This document shows, one piece after another, positions 1 to 8,995 of a stretch of DNA of 64,000 bases. Positions within the stretch are counted from its first letter, which is position 1. Each line of letters begins with the position of its first letter. The notes under the pieces are model-generated. The model did not search any database. It was not told the origin of the DNA and saw nothing but the letters and a program-made list of their open reading frames with translations. The stretch comes from Candidatus Daviesbacteria bacterium. Its GTDB lineage: Bacteria > Patescibacteriota > Microgenomatia > Daviesbacterales > UBA10151. The DNA lies in contig CP066688.1 in NCBI GenBank assembly GCA_016432425.1, forward strand, positions 212,368 through 276,367. Reading direction: 5' to 3'. A program made the translations under genes and the position numbers.

Positions 1-574
1 ATCCCAAAGGACCTGCTCCAACTACAATGAGTTCTTTTGGTTGTTGCTTTAGTTGCAAAGCCTCAATATGAGTTATATACTCAACATCTTGAATATCCTC
101 AATTGGTGGCACCATGGCTGTTGATCCAGCTGCAATAATGAACTTTTTAGCTTTAAATCTTTGGCCCACTTGCCCTGAGCTTGTCGAAGGGTTAACTTCT
201 ATCTCATTCGGCGAAATAAATGTTGCTCTTCCTTCTATATGATTAACATTCTCTAAATTATTTAAGACCTTCTCATATTTCTCAGCTCTCAGTTTTACTA
301 CCAAATCAAGCTCATGTTGAATAACTTTAGCAAAATCAAAACCCTTAACTTCAATATCCAGACCTGGAATGTGATGCTCTTTGGCAAGATGCATTACTTC
401 ACCCGCCCAAAGAAGAGTTTTAGAGGGAACACAACCCACATTAACACAAGTTCCGCCTAAAGACAGACCCTTATTTACCATTAAGGTTTTAGCGCCTAAT
501 TCATTAGCTTTAATAGCAGCTGAAAAAGCCCCTGCCCCGCCACCAATAATAATTAAGTCATATTCATCACTCAT
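1..574 (-). CDS. Pyridine-nucleotide disulfide oxidoreductase, mercuric-reductase (MerA)-like. N-terminal 191 aa only; the gene runs off the window start.
   Basis: Reverse-strand translation from the ATG at 572-574 gives MSDEYDLIIIGGGAGAFSAAIKAN...GGTCVNVGCVPSKTLLW. It has an FAD GxGxxG motif and a redox-active CVNVGC disulfide. Downstream segments fit the MerA pattern (KYE..L, RATF). It is absent from the ORF track because it is truncated at the window edge. Confidence 0.6.
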   Translation of the reverse strand, partial: MSDEYDLIIIGGGAGAFSAAIKANELGAKTLMVNKGLSLGGTCVNVGCVPSKTLLWAGEVMHLAKEHHIPGLDIEVKGFDFAKVIQHELDLVVKLRAEKYEKVLNNLENVNHIEGRATFISPNEIEVNPSTSSGQVGQRFKAKKFIIAAGSTAMVPPIEDIQDVEYITHIEALQLKQQPKELIVVGAGPLG

Positions 575-614
575 AATTTAACCGCAACTTGGACACATAA
601 GCCCACCTCCTTAC

Positions 615-923
615 TTAAACAATAAATCCTTTTAATGTTTTGGTAAATTCATTACTGACAAGAGAGTAATAAACTATTTGAGCCTCTTTTCTTCTGCTGA
701 CTAGTTCTAGTTTAAGTAGCTTCTTTAGACTATGAGAGACAACAGAGATAGAAGTATCTAATATTTCAGCAATACTGCTGACGCTAAGTTCTGGATAGTG
801 ACACAGAAGATAACAAATTTTAAGTCTGGTAGGATCACCCACCACACCTAGTTGTTGGGCACATTCAATAATCTCTTTTCTATTTTCTAACTGTTTTTTA
901 ATTTGTTTATGCTTAATATCCAT
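615..923 (-). CDS. ArsR/SmtB-family metal-sensing transcriptional regulator
   Basis: HTH region ICYLLCHYPELSVSSIAEILDTSISVVSHSLKKL. An internal Met (MDIKHKQ) gives a typical ~102 aa ArsR. The longest ORF, ending at 1028, would overlap the copA 3' end by 59 bp. Confidence 0.7.
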   Translation of the reverse strand: MDIKHKQIKKQLENRKEIIECAQQLGVVGDPTRLKICYLLCHYPELSVSSIAEILDTSISVVSHSLKKLLKLELVSRRKEAQIVYYSLVSNEFTKTLKGFIV

Positions 924-969
924 AGTATTTGAACAACTATTCAAATAGTAAGTTACTTCATTGCTGCTG

Positions 970-3246
970 TCAAGTAGAATAAGTTGGGTATATTTTAAAT
1001 CGTTTAAGCAGGAGGGAATTGGAAACAACGGATATTGAACTTAAAGCCATAGCTGCTGAGGCAAAGATGGGATTTAATAGTATTCCAAAAGGAAGATACA
1101 AAATTCCCATGGCCACCGGAATTAATATTACATTATACCCGAAAGCCCAAAACAAATTCATCTTGATAGTCCTCATGGTTTTTTGGGATAGTTCAAAAGC
1201 TAAGGCGACAGAATTTAAATCTTTGTTAATTAAAACCATCCCGGCTGATTCAATGGCCACATCGGTCCCAGAACCCATGGCAATCCCAATATCTGAGGCA
1301 GCCAAAGCCGGGGCATCATTAATCCCATCTCCCACCATAGCCACAATTTTCCCCTCTTGTTGGATTTTTCTAACTTCTGTTTCTTTTTGATCAGGCAAAA
1401 CCTCAGCTAAAACTCTTTTTATTCCAACTTGTTTGGCAATAGCATTAGCAGTCCTCTGGTTATCTCCTGTAATCATCACCACTTCTACCCCCATCTTTTG
1501 TAATTTCTCCACACCCTCTTTGGCAGTTTCTTTTAAAGTATCGGCCACAGCAATCAGACCTGCCAACTTACCGTCTGCTCCTAATATCATGACCGTCTTT
1601 CCTTCGTTTTCCAATCTTTCTACCTCTCTTTCCTCAACCTTTATCTCCTCTTTTTCCATCAATCTCCTATTACCCAAGATGACTTTCTGCCCATTAATTA
1701 TTCCCTCCACTCCATGGCCTGCAATTGCCTTAAAGCTTGATACTTTCATAAGCTTTACTTTTTCCGCCTCCCCCTTATTAACAATTGCTTCCGCCAGAGA
1801 GTGCTCTGACCCTTTTTCCAAAGACGCAGCTAGTAGTAAAATGAGGTCCTTCGACTTGCTTCGCTCGCTCAGGATGACCTCCGTTGAAACAACGTCGGTC
1901 ACCTCAGGCTTTCCCTTTGTTAAAGTCCCTGTTTTATCAAATATCACTGTATTAATTTTATGAGCTGTTTGTAAATTTTGGGCATCCTTAATTAATATCC
2001 CATGCTCTGCTCCCTTACCTGTGCCCACCATAATAGCTGTAGGGGTGGCCAAACCCATGGCACAGGGGCAGGCAATAATTAAAACCGCTACCATATTAAG
2101 CATGGCAAAGGCAAAAGCAGGGTTAGGACCAAAAACATACCACACTACAAACGTAGCAATAGCCAACATAATTACTATTGGCACAAAATAAGAGGAGATT
2201 AAATCTGCCAGCCTCTGAATAGGCGCTTTGCTGGCTTGGGCCTCCTGCACCAGCTTGATAATTTGTGAAAGCATGGTATCTGCCCCCACTTTAGTAGCTT
2301 TGTATAAAAATGTGCCGGTTTTATTTAAGGTGGCGCCAATAACTGTATCTTCTTTTGTTTTATCAACCGGAATGCTTTCTCCTGTCACCATTGATTCATC
2401 AATTGAGGATTCCCCTTCTAAAATTTGTCCATCAACCGGGATTTTTTCTCCCGGTCTGACCCTGATCACATTTCCCACCACTACCCGCTCAATCGGGATA
2501 TCTTTTTCCACTCCATCCACTAAGACCCTGGCGGTTCTGGCCTGAAGTCCAATCAGTTTCTTAATAGCCTCGGAAGTACCGGCCTTAGCTTTAGCCTCAA
2601 AATACCTTCCCAGAAGAATTAGACCAATAATGATTGTGGAAACATCAAAGTAGGGCTCGGGTCTGACTCCAATACTTTCCACCAGTTGAGGAAAAATTGT
2701 TACAACTGCAGAATAGGAAAAAGCCACCGTAGTACCGATTGCCACCAGAGTATCCATGTTGGCAGTTCTGTGCTTTAAAGCAGGGATGGTGGCCCGATAA
2801 AATTCCCAGCCTGCCCAAAATTGGACCGGGATGGCTAAAATCATCTGCACCAAGAAGTTTTGTAAAATAGCGGGGGAAAACTGCATTAAAAAGGGAAAAG
2901 AACCCCAGACAATTAAAACTCCCAACCCTAAGCTGACTAAAACTTTATTGCGAAGATTCCTTAACTCTTTTTGTTTCTCTTGTTTTTGCTCATCCTCTGT
3001 TTTTAACTCTTCATTAATTCCTGCTTTGTAACCCACATTCGCTACAGCAGATACCAAATCATTATCTGTGACTTTTTTTGAATTAAAAGTCACAGTTGCT
3101 GACTCCGTTGCCAGATTAACCACAGCATTGGAGACACCTTCCACCCCACCTAAAGATTTCTCCAAAACCCTCACACAGGATGCACAATGCATGCCTTTGA
3201 TGGGAAAAGTTTTAGTGGTTAGTTTGTTAGTTAGTAATTTGTTCAT
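970..3246 (-). CDS. copA: Copper/heavy-metal translocating P-type ATPase (P1B-type)
   Basis: 758 aa. N-terminal HMA domain with GMHCASC, membrane CPC motif, DKTGTLT phosphorylation site, and GDGINDAP hinge. Confidence 0.9.
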   Translation of the reverse strand: MNKLLTNKLTTKTFPIKGMHCASCVRVLEKSLGGVEGVSNAVVNLATESATVTFNSKKVTDNDLVSAVANVGYKAGINEELKTEDEQKQEKQKELRNLRNKVLVSLGLGVLIVWGSFPFLMQFSPAILQNFLVQMILAIPVQFWAGWEFYRATIPALKHRTANMDTLVAIGTTVAFSYSAVVTIFPQLVESIGVRPEPYFDVSTIIIGLILLGRYFEAKAKAGTSEAIKKLIGLQARTARVLVDGVEKDIPIERVVVGNVIRVRPGEKIPVDGQILEGESSIDESMVTGESIPVDKTKEDTVIGATLNKTGTFLYKATKVGADTMLSQIIKLVQEAQASKAPIQRLADLISSYFVPIVIMLAIATFVVWYVFGPNPAFAFAMLNMVAVLIIACPCAMGLATPTAIMVGTGKGAEHGILIKDAQNLQTAHKINTVIFDKTGTLTKGKPEVTDVVSTEVILSERSKSKDLILLLAASLEKGSEHSLAEAIVNKGEAEKVKLMKVSSFKAIAGHGVEGIINGQKVILGNRRLMEKEEIKVEEREVERLENEGKTVMILGADGKLAGLIAVADTLKETAKEGVEKLQKMGVEVVMITGDNQRTANAIAKQVGIKRVLAEVLPDQKETEVRKIQQEGKIVAMVGDGINDAPALAASDIGIAMGSGTDVAIESAGMVLINKDLNSVALAFELSQKTMRTIKMNLFWAFGYNVILIPVAMGILYLPFGILLNPIFASAAMALSSISVVSNSLLLKRFKIYPTYST

Positions 3247-3617
3247 CGTACTACTATTCTTCCATGGTACATATTCATGCCACAGGAATATGGATACTCA
3301 CCAATCTCTTTAGGAGTTATTTCCACTGTTACTTTCTGATTTAAAGGCAGCTCTTTGCGGATTTTGAAATCTCCCAAAACTACCTCTGACAAACAATCAG
3401 TCGGGTCTGTTCTTAAAAAATTAACCTTGGTGGTTTTACCTACAGGAATGGATATCACCTCAGGGGAGTAACCACCGGAAACTTTAATATCTATCTCGCC
3501 TGCCTTGCCGGCAGGTAGGTTTTCCACACTAACCTCTTTCTCCCTCTTCATCAGGAAAAACCAAAAAGTAAAAGCTATTCCCAATAGCCCAAAAATAATA
3601 ACTAAAATTTTATCCAT
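3243..3617 (-). CDS. Membrane-anchored cupredoxin-like copper-binding protein
   Basis: 124 aa with an N-terminal TM helix. C-terminal [10 protein letters not shown] (Cys/Met/His ligand pattern of cupredoxin-like domains found beside copper ATPases). Overlaps the copA start by 4 nt, consistent with operon coupling. Confidence 0.5.
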   Translation of the reverse strand: MDKILVIIFGLLGIAFTFWFFLMKREKEVSVENLPAGKAGEIDIKVSGGYSPEVISIPVGKTTKVNFLRTDPTDCLSEVVLGDFKIRKELPLNQKVTVEITPKEIGEYPYSCGMNMYHGRIVVR

Positions 3618-3635
3618 TAATAATCTTTTTATCGT

Positions 3636-3911
3636 TCAAGTTTTTGGACTCCTTTTAAATACATTCATTATTTCAGTGATGGCTTCTTTACTTCTACCAT
3701 TTTTAATGGCATCGGAAGCGCAGGTTTTAAGGTGATTTTCTAAAATTACAGAATCAGCCTCCTGTAGCGCTCTCTGCACTGCCTGGGATTGGTGGATGAT
3801 ATCAATGCAATACTCACCGTCTTCCGCCATCCTTAACACTTTCTTCAAATGCCCCTGGGCAATTTGCAGCCGGTGTAATATTCTTTCCTGGGTATCCTTG
3901 GGCCTGTACAT
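3636..3911 (-). CDS. csoR: CsoR/RcnR-family copper-sensing transcriptional repressor
   Basis: 91 aa with the DUF156 helical pattern HRLQIAQGHLKKV...CID..HQSQAVQRAL..HLKTC. It carries the conserved Cys/His metal ligands. Confidence 0.8.
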   Translation of the reverse strand: MYRPKDTQERILHRLQIAQGHLKKVLRMAEDGEYCIDIIHQSQAVQRALQEADSVILENHLKTCASDAIKNGRSKEAITEIMNVFKRSPKT

Positions 3912-3917
3912 ATTCTC

Positions 3918-3946
3918 ATTATATCCCCCCAGGGGGGATATGTCAA
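3918..3946 (-). promoter_or_regulatory. Sigma70-type promoter for the csoR-copA operon: TTGACA, 17-nt spacer, TATAAT. The spacer is the palindrome ATATCCCCCC-A-GGGGGGATAT (3921-3941), a candidate CsoR operator. The -10 ends 6 nt before the csoR ATG, which suggests a leaderless mRNA.
   Basis: Read directly. On the minus strand: TTGACA (plus 3941-3946), tatcccccctgggggga, TATAAT (plus 3918-3923), gagaat, ATG (3911). The GC palindrome resembles known CsoR operators (ATACCCC..GGGGTAT). Confidence 0.55.
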
Positions 3947-3990
3947 ATTACAAACACCTGGGGGGTGGATTAGGCAGGCACCCAGGGAAA

Positions 3991-4662
3991 TTACTCGTAT
4001 TTATGAGAAAGGAAACTACACTCCGGAAACTGCTCACAACCATATTTAATGATTTTGGCCATGGCCGAGAGCCTTTTCCCTAAAATTTGGGCAATTTTAA
4101 TATCCCCTGAGGTAATTTCCTTATCCCCTTTATAGCCGGAGACAAAAATTGCCCCATAGGGGCTGCCGGCATCAAACTCCGCACTTTCCCCCTGAATGGG
4201 GTAAGGAACACCTATTGGAATCATCCCCAAATTAAGCAAAGGGATCATTGAAGAAATTAAAGCTGCTTCCTCTCCCCCATGGACGCTACCGGCACTGACA
4301 AAAAACGCGGCCGGTTTTCCCACCATAGCCCCCTTGATAAAAACCGGGGAAAGTTGATCAATAAATTGCTTTAATTGGGAGGCAAAAGAGCCAAAATGAA
4401 CAGGAGTGCCAAAAGCCACCCCATCAGCTGAAGTTAAATCTTCAAGGGTAGCAGTGGGGATGTGAGTTAGAGATTCTTTGACAGTTTTTAACTCCGGCTT
4501 ATCGGCAAAAAATTCTGCTGGAAGAATCTCCGGAACTTGTTTAACCATTGCCTCAACTCCGGGAATTTCCCTGGCTCCCTGGGCAACATATTCAGCTAAT
4601 TTAGCAGTGTGACCACCTAAAGAATAAAATAAGACCAGGATTTTAATTTTTTGTTGATCCAT
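3991..4662 (-). CDS. Flavodoxin-like NAD(P)H:quinone oxidoreductase (WrbA family)
   Basis: 223 aa. N-terminal KILVLFYSLGGHTAKLAE flavodoxin-fold FMN site typical of WrbA. Confidence 0.75.
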   Translation of the reverse strand: MDQQKIKILVLFYSLGGHTAKLAEYVAQGAREIPGVEAMVKQVPEILPAEFFADKPELKTVKESLTHIPTATLEDLTSADGVAFGTPVHFGSFASQLKQFIDQLSPVFIKGAMVGKPAAFFVSAGSVHGGEEAALISSMIPLLNLGMIPIGVPYPIQGESAEFDAGSPYGAIFVSGYKGDKEITSGDIKIAQILGKRLSAMAKIIKYGCEQFPECSFLSHKYE

Positions 4663-4706
4663 CAGAAAAATTATGCTACTGTTAAAAACAGTTTAACACA
4701 TCCTTC

Positions 4707-5246
4707 ATGTCAAATAAATTTGGTCAATTTAGCCCGGGCGAGATGGTGGAAACAACCGGACTTTTATCAATTGCCCTGCTGTCCCTAACTTTACTAATCG
4801 GTCCCATCTGTCAACTTTTCCCTAGGCTGGATGGTTTAAAAGCCCACCGCAAATTTTTAGGAATCTTAAGTTTTCTGATCGCCCTGGCTCATAGCGCCCT
4901 GGTTTATATTTTCTATGTTAATTTCAATCTGGCCAAATTATTTAATCCCCAAAGCCCTCAATATGTTGGGCTGCTTTTGGGTCTGGCTTCCTTAATAATA
5001 CTTTTGGTACTTACTTTAACCTCTAATAAATTTTCTTTAAATTTTTTAACTCCCAAAGTTTGGAAATTGGTCCAATCAACAGCATATGTCGCCTTAATTT
5101 TGGCAGTAGGGCACTTTTATCTGACAAAATCAACTAACGGAGTTTTTACCGTTAAAAGTGCGGCTGAACAAATTACCTTTGGCTTGGCTGCTTTTGTAGT
5201 TTTATTTAGATTATTGGTTATATTTTATCTAAAAATTAAGCTTTAA
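4707..5246 (+). CDS. Polytopic membrane protein with conserved His residues (ferric-reductase-like / cytochrome-b-like TM domain)
   Basis: 179 aa, 5-6 TM helices. His in helices (HRKFLG, LAHSAL, AVGHFY). Divergent from the flavodoxin gene. Confidence 0.45.
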   Translation: MSNKFGQFSPGEMVETTGLLSIALLSLTLLIGPICQLFPRLDGLKAHRKFLGILSFLIALAHSALVYIFYVNFNLAKLFNPQSPQYVGLLLGLASLIILLVLTLTSNKFSLNFLTPKVWKLVQSTAYVALILAVGHFYLTKSTNGVFTVKSAAEQITFGLAAFVVLFRLLVIFYLKIKL

Positions 5247-6232
5247 ACCCTTTTTAGCCTGATGGCTTTGGTCACTGCCCGGATAATAGCTTCTTTGTTT
5301 AGACCAAACTTTTCCAGCAGTTCTTGCGGTTCACCTGATTCTCCGAAATGATCCGAAATTCCCACCATTTGAATTGGCACAGGAAACTCCTGACTGACCA
5401 CTTCTGCCACCGCCGACCCCAATCCTCCGGCTATTTGATGCTCTTCTACGGTGACAATCGCTCCACAATCTTCCACTGCCTGTAAAATAGTTTTTTTATC
5501 TAAAGGCTTAATCGTATGACAATTAATCACTCTAGCTTTTATCCCATGCTCCTCTAGCTCACGGGCAGCCAGCAAACTCACATAAACCATCTGGCCGCAA
5601 GCTACAATGGCTACATCCTGACCCTCTGTCAAAACATTTGCCACCCCCACTTCAAAAGGGGACTCCGGGGTGGTTACCACAGGCACCTCAGCTCTGGATA
5701 AACGGAGGTAAGAAGGTTTACCATTTTTAGCTATAGACACAGTAGCTTTTTTGGCCTCAATTGTGTCAGATGGAACAATCACTACCATGTTGGGCAAAAC
5801 CCGGGTAATGGCAATATCTTCCAAGGCTTGGTGGGTAGCTCCATCCGGGCCTACGGAAATTCCCGCATGGCTGCCGATAATTTTGACTGGTTGATTGTTA
5901 TAACAAATGGTGGTTCTGATCTGTTCCCAATTCCTTCCCGGAGAAAACATGGCATAGGAGGTGACAAAAGGAATTTTCCCTACCGAGGCCATGCCTGAGG
6001 CCACAGTGACTAAATTTTGTTCTGCCACTCCCATCTCGACAAATCTGTCCGGAAATTTATCTTTAAAAGCTTGCATACGGGTACTCTCAGTTAAATCTGC
6101 ACACAGCCCCACAATCTGATCATTTTCTTCTGCTGCCAAAACCAACCCCTCCCCAAACCCATCCCGGGAAGGAACTTGTTCAATATTAGGTTCATATAGT
6201 TTTGGGTTTAAATGAGCGCTTTTGTCTAACAT
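5243..6232 (-). CDS. Transketolase, C-terminal (pyrimidine-binding) subunit
   Basis: 329 aa. Matches transketolase Pyr and C-terminal domains. Split-gene arrangement with the upstream N-terminal subunit. Confidence 0.9.
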   Translation of the reverse strand: MLDKSAHLNPKLYEPNIEQVPSRDGFGEGLVLAAEENDQIVGLCADLTESTRMQAFKDKFPDRFVEMGVAEQNLVTVASGMASVGKIPFVTSYAMFSPGRNWEQIRTTICYNNQPVKIIGSHAGISVGPDGATHQALEDIAITRVLPNMVVIVPSDTIEAKKATVSIAKNGKPSYLRLSRAEVPVVTTPESPFEVGVANVLTEGQDVAIVACGQMVYVSLLAARELEEHGIKARVINCHTIKPLDKKTILQAVEDCGAIVTVEEHQIAGGLGSAVAEVVSQEFPVPIQMVGISDHFGESGEPQELLEKFGLNKEAIIRAVTKAIRLKRV

Positions 6233-6235
6233 AAA

Positions 6236-7117
6236 TTATTCATGTTCACTTCTTATCTTGCCTTGTAAGGTTCTCAATTCTTTTAAGGCTATTTTTGCTT
6301 GTTCTTCTTTGGGTGGTTCTCCCGGCATATTTGATACTCCAGGAGGAACTCCATGCCATTTAAAATCATTTTCCATAAAGTCCACTCCCTTTCCGGGAAT
6401 AGTATGGGCAATAATAACTGTAGGTTTTTCAAAAATGGCTTTAGCCTGGTTAAAAGCATCAATTATTTGCTCGAAATTATGCCCGTCAACTTCTAAGACA
6501 TGCCAGCCAAAAGCCTCATACTTTTCTTTAAGCGGCTCCAGCGGCATGACATCTTCAGTAAATCCGTCAATTTGAATATTATTACGGTCAATTAAAACTG
6601 TTAAATTATGGAGTTTAAATTTAGCAATCCACATCACTGCTTCCCAAGTATTGCCTGCATCTTGTTCACCATCAGACATCAGGCAATAAACCCGCCACTT
6701 GGCCTGGTTCATTTTCCCTGCCAAAGCCATTCCCCCAGCCTGAGATAAACCACTACCCAAAGGGCCGGAGGTTGTTTCCAGCCCAGGCAAAGTTTCACGG
6801 TGAGGATGTCCTTGTAACCTTGAACCTAATTTTCGCAAAGTTTTTAGCTCTTCTTTTGGGAAAAAACCAGCATGAGCCATAGTGGCATAAAGTACCGGAC
6901 AGATATGGCCGTTGGATAAAACTAATCTGTCCCGATTAGGGTCAGTGGGATTTTTAGGGTCAATATTTAAGATATTAAAATAAAGGGCCACAAATACATC
7001 TGCCATGCCCAAAGGCCCGGCAGAATGGCCGGAACCAGCAGTAACCAACATCTGAATAATATCTTCACGAATTTTAACAGCGATCTCTTCTAATTGATGG
7101 ACATCTAGGGCAGACAT
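6236..7117 (-). CDS. Transketolase, N-terminal (TPP-binding) subunit
   Basis: 293 aa. GSGHSAGPLGMADV and SNGH motifs of the transketolase TPP domain. Confidence 0.9.
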   Translation of the reverse strand: MSALDVHQLEEIAVKIREDIIQMLVTAGSGHSAGPLGMADVFVALYFNILNIDPKNPTDPNRDRLVLSNGHICPVLYATMAHAGFFPKEELKTLRKLGSRLQGHPHRETLPGLETTSGPLGSGLSQAGGMALAGKMNQAKWRVYCLMSDGEQDAGNTWEAVMWIAKFKLHNLTVLIDRNNIQIDGFTEDVMPLEPLKEKYEAFGWHVLEVDGHNFEQIIDAFNQAKAIFEKPTVIIAHTIPGKGVDFMENDFKWHGVPPGVSNMPGEPPKEEQAKIALKELRTLQGKIRSEHE

Positions 7118-7158
7118 TATGTTACTATCGTAACAACCTTAAAAATCAAATGCAAAAG

Positions 7159-7788
7159 CTAATTCTGAAATCCGTTGCGGGTAATTTTAATATGTTGATG
7201 TTCTCCCCGTTCTAGCTCTTCCTCAAAATTTTTAATAGCCTCTAAAACTCCTTCCGGAGTTTCTACAATTTTATAAACCTCTAGCTCTTCCGGACGAAGC
7301 AGCATATTTTCCTTGAAAGATGCAATTATCTTTTCCCAAAATTTGCCATACAAAATTAAGGGTTTATGATGGCCAAAATAAAGCCTGGCCAACCCCCAAG
7401 CCATACCAAACTCCGAAATAGTTCCTGTTCCTCCATTAAAAATTACATATATTTGACCCTCTTTCATTAAAGATAAGGTTCGCTCTACGTAATTAGCAGT
7501 TTTAATTTCTTCATCAAATAAATTTTTAGGATCTCTACCCTCATAATTCATTTCATCTTCCGGGTAAAAAGTTACCCCAACAACCTTTCCTCTTCCCTGT
7601 TTAGCCCCTTCTGTGGCTGCCCTCATTACTCCCGGCCCTCCCCCATCTACCACAATGTAGCCTGCCTGTGCTAAAGCCTTAGCCACCTCAAATACCTCCT
7701 CATAAATAGGCTCTCCCTCTTTAGAGTCAGCAAAGCCAAAAATGGCCACCTGTTCAATTGTTTTAGCTTTTAGTAAATTAGTGTCCAT
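7159..7788 (-). CDS. LOG-family (TIGR00730) Rossmann-fold protein, cytokinin riboside 5'-monophosphate phosphoribohydrolase-like
   Basis: GGGPGVM and GVT..PEDE motifs. Start chosen at the internal Met (MDTNLL); the longest ORF reaches 7815. Confidence 0.7.
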   Translation of the reverse strand: MDTNLLKAKTIEQVAIFGFADSKEGEPIYEEVFEVAKALAQAGYIVVDGGGPGVMRAATEGAKQGRGKVVGVTFYPEDEMNYEGRDPKNLFDEEIKTANYVERTLSLMKEGQIYVIFNGGTGTISEFGMAWGLARLYFGHHKPLILYGKFWEKIIASFKENMLLRPEELEVYKIVETPEGVLEAIKNFEEELERGEHQHIKITRNGFQN

Positions 7789-8389
7789 GTAAAATTTCCG
7801 GTAAATGTGAACCAATGACTACGCTGTCGGCTCCGGCCTTTTCCAAACTTTCCAAAACATCTTTATTTATACCACCATCTACCTCAATTGTAATAGGCCA
7901 ATTTTTTTGCTTAATCTCTTTGACTTTTTCTATTGCTTGAGGCTGAAACTGTTGTCCACCAAAGCCAGGGTTGACTGACATTACTAAAATTATATCTATC
8001 TCACCAACATAAGGTTCCACTGTCTCTAAGTCAGTTTCCGGATTAATAGACAGTCCCACCTTAATTCCATGATTTTTAATATGACTAATCCGCTCCCTAA
8101 GGCCACTAGTATCTTCTACTGGAAAAACTATTCTCCTTACCGGAATTTTTACCAATTCATCAACCCAATTTTCCGGATATTCCACCATTAATTGAGCTTC
8201 AATTTGAAATTGAGTAGGATATTTGGCAATTATTTCCGGAGTGATACTTTGGTTTTGAACAAATTTATTGTCCATGAAGTCTATTTGTACCCAATCAAAT
8301 TTTAGGCAATTTTCTTTTTCTAATTCTAATAATTTGTCTTTATATTCTTCCTCAGTTGTAGCTAAAATAGCCGGAATTATCTTAATCAT
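7778..8389 (-). CDS. rpe: Ribulose-phosphate 3-epimerase
   Basis: 203 aa. VMSVNPGFGGQ and VDGGIN motifs. Confidence 0.85.
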   Translation of the reverse strand: MIKIIPAILATTEEEYKDKLLELEKENCLKFDWVQIDFMDNKFVQNQSITPEIIAKYPTQFQIEAQLMVEYPENWVDELVKIPVRRIVFPVEDTSGLRERISHIKNHGIKVGLSINPETDLETVEPYVGEIDIILVMSVNPGFGGQQFQPQAIEKVKEIKQKNWPITIEVDGGINKDVLESLEKAGADSVVIGSHLPEILHGH

Positions 8390-8835
8390 TAATTTTCTTC
8401 CTCAACTTTTTCCAACTCCTCTAATCTTCTGACATGCCTTTCTTCCCCTGAAAACTGCGTTGTTAAAAAAGTTTTAACGATTTCTAAGGCTGTTTCTTCA
8501 TCTAAAACATCTGCCGGCAGAGAAATTACATTCGCATCTTCATGTTCTCGGGCTTGTTTGGCCCTGGCTATATCAAAAACTAAGGCTGAACGCACTCCAT
8601 CAATTTTATTAGCCACCATATCCACTCCCACCCCCGAACCACAAAGAATAATTCCTCTATTCTCTATATCATTAACTACCGCTTTGGCTACTTTTTCCGC
8701 AAAGATAACGTAGTCATCATTTCCATCCAAATGGTCATTGCCCAAATCAGTAATCTCATATCCTTCATCAATTAAGTTTTTTTTCAATCTTTCTTTTAAT
8801 TCAAATCCCCGATGATCAGCCCCAATAAAAATCAT
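8389..8835 (-). CDS. rpiB: Ribose-5-phosphate isomerase B
   Basis: 148 aa. MIFIGADHRGFELK...LCGSGVGVDMVANK. Confidence 0.85.
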   Translation of the reverse strand: MIFIGADHRGFELKERLKKNLIDEGYEITDLGNDHLDGNDDYVIFAEKVAKAVVNDIENRGIILCGSGVGVDMVANKIDGVRSALVFDIARAKQAREHEDANVISLPADVLDEETALEIVKTFLTTQFSGEERHVRRLEELEKVEEEN

Positions 8836-8878
8836 GGTTCTATTGTATCATGAGCAGCTTTGATCTATTAATATCTAG

Positions 8879-8907
8879 TTGACGAAAAAATGTTTTATCT
8901 GTATATT
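8879..8907 (+). promoter_or_regulatory. Candidate sigma70 promoter: TTGACG, 17-nt spacer, TATATT
   Basis: Read directly. TTGACG at 8879-8884 and TATATT at 8902-8907, upstream of the ROK gene leader. Confidence 0.4.
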
Positions 8908-8939
8908 CAACTTTGCTTGTCGCAAGATGAGTTTTCAAG

Positions 8940-8965
8940 AAATCCCGCTTTGTGCGGGATTTTTT
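8940..8965 (+). terminator. Intrinsic terminator-like hairpin (AAATCCCGC-tttgt-GCGGGATTT followed by a T-run) inside the 5' leader of the ROK gene
   Basis: Perfect 9-bp stem plus T-run, read directly. It lies 30 nt upstream of the ATG at 8996 and downstream of the candidate promoter. Confidence 0.55.
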
Positions 8966-8995
8966 GTGGGGAAAATTCTATGTTAAGATGTAATT

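Noticed and set aside
381-581. Plus-strand 66-aa ORF
   Set aside because: It is antisense to the MerA-like gene, whose N-terminus (GGGAGAFSAA...CVNVGC) is unambiguous.
1019-3031. Plus-strand ORFs 1019-1390, 1433-1963, 2228-2545 and 2831-3031 inside the copA region
   Set aside because: They are antisense to a strongly supported P-type ATPase gene and have low-complexity translations. They are shadow ORFs.
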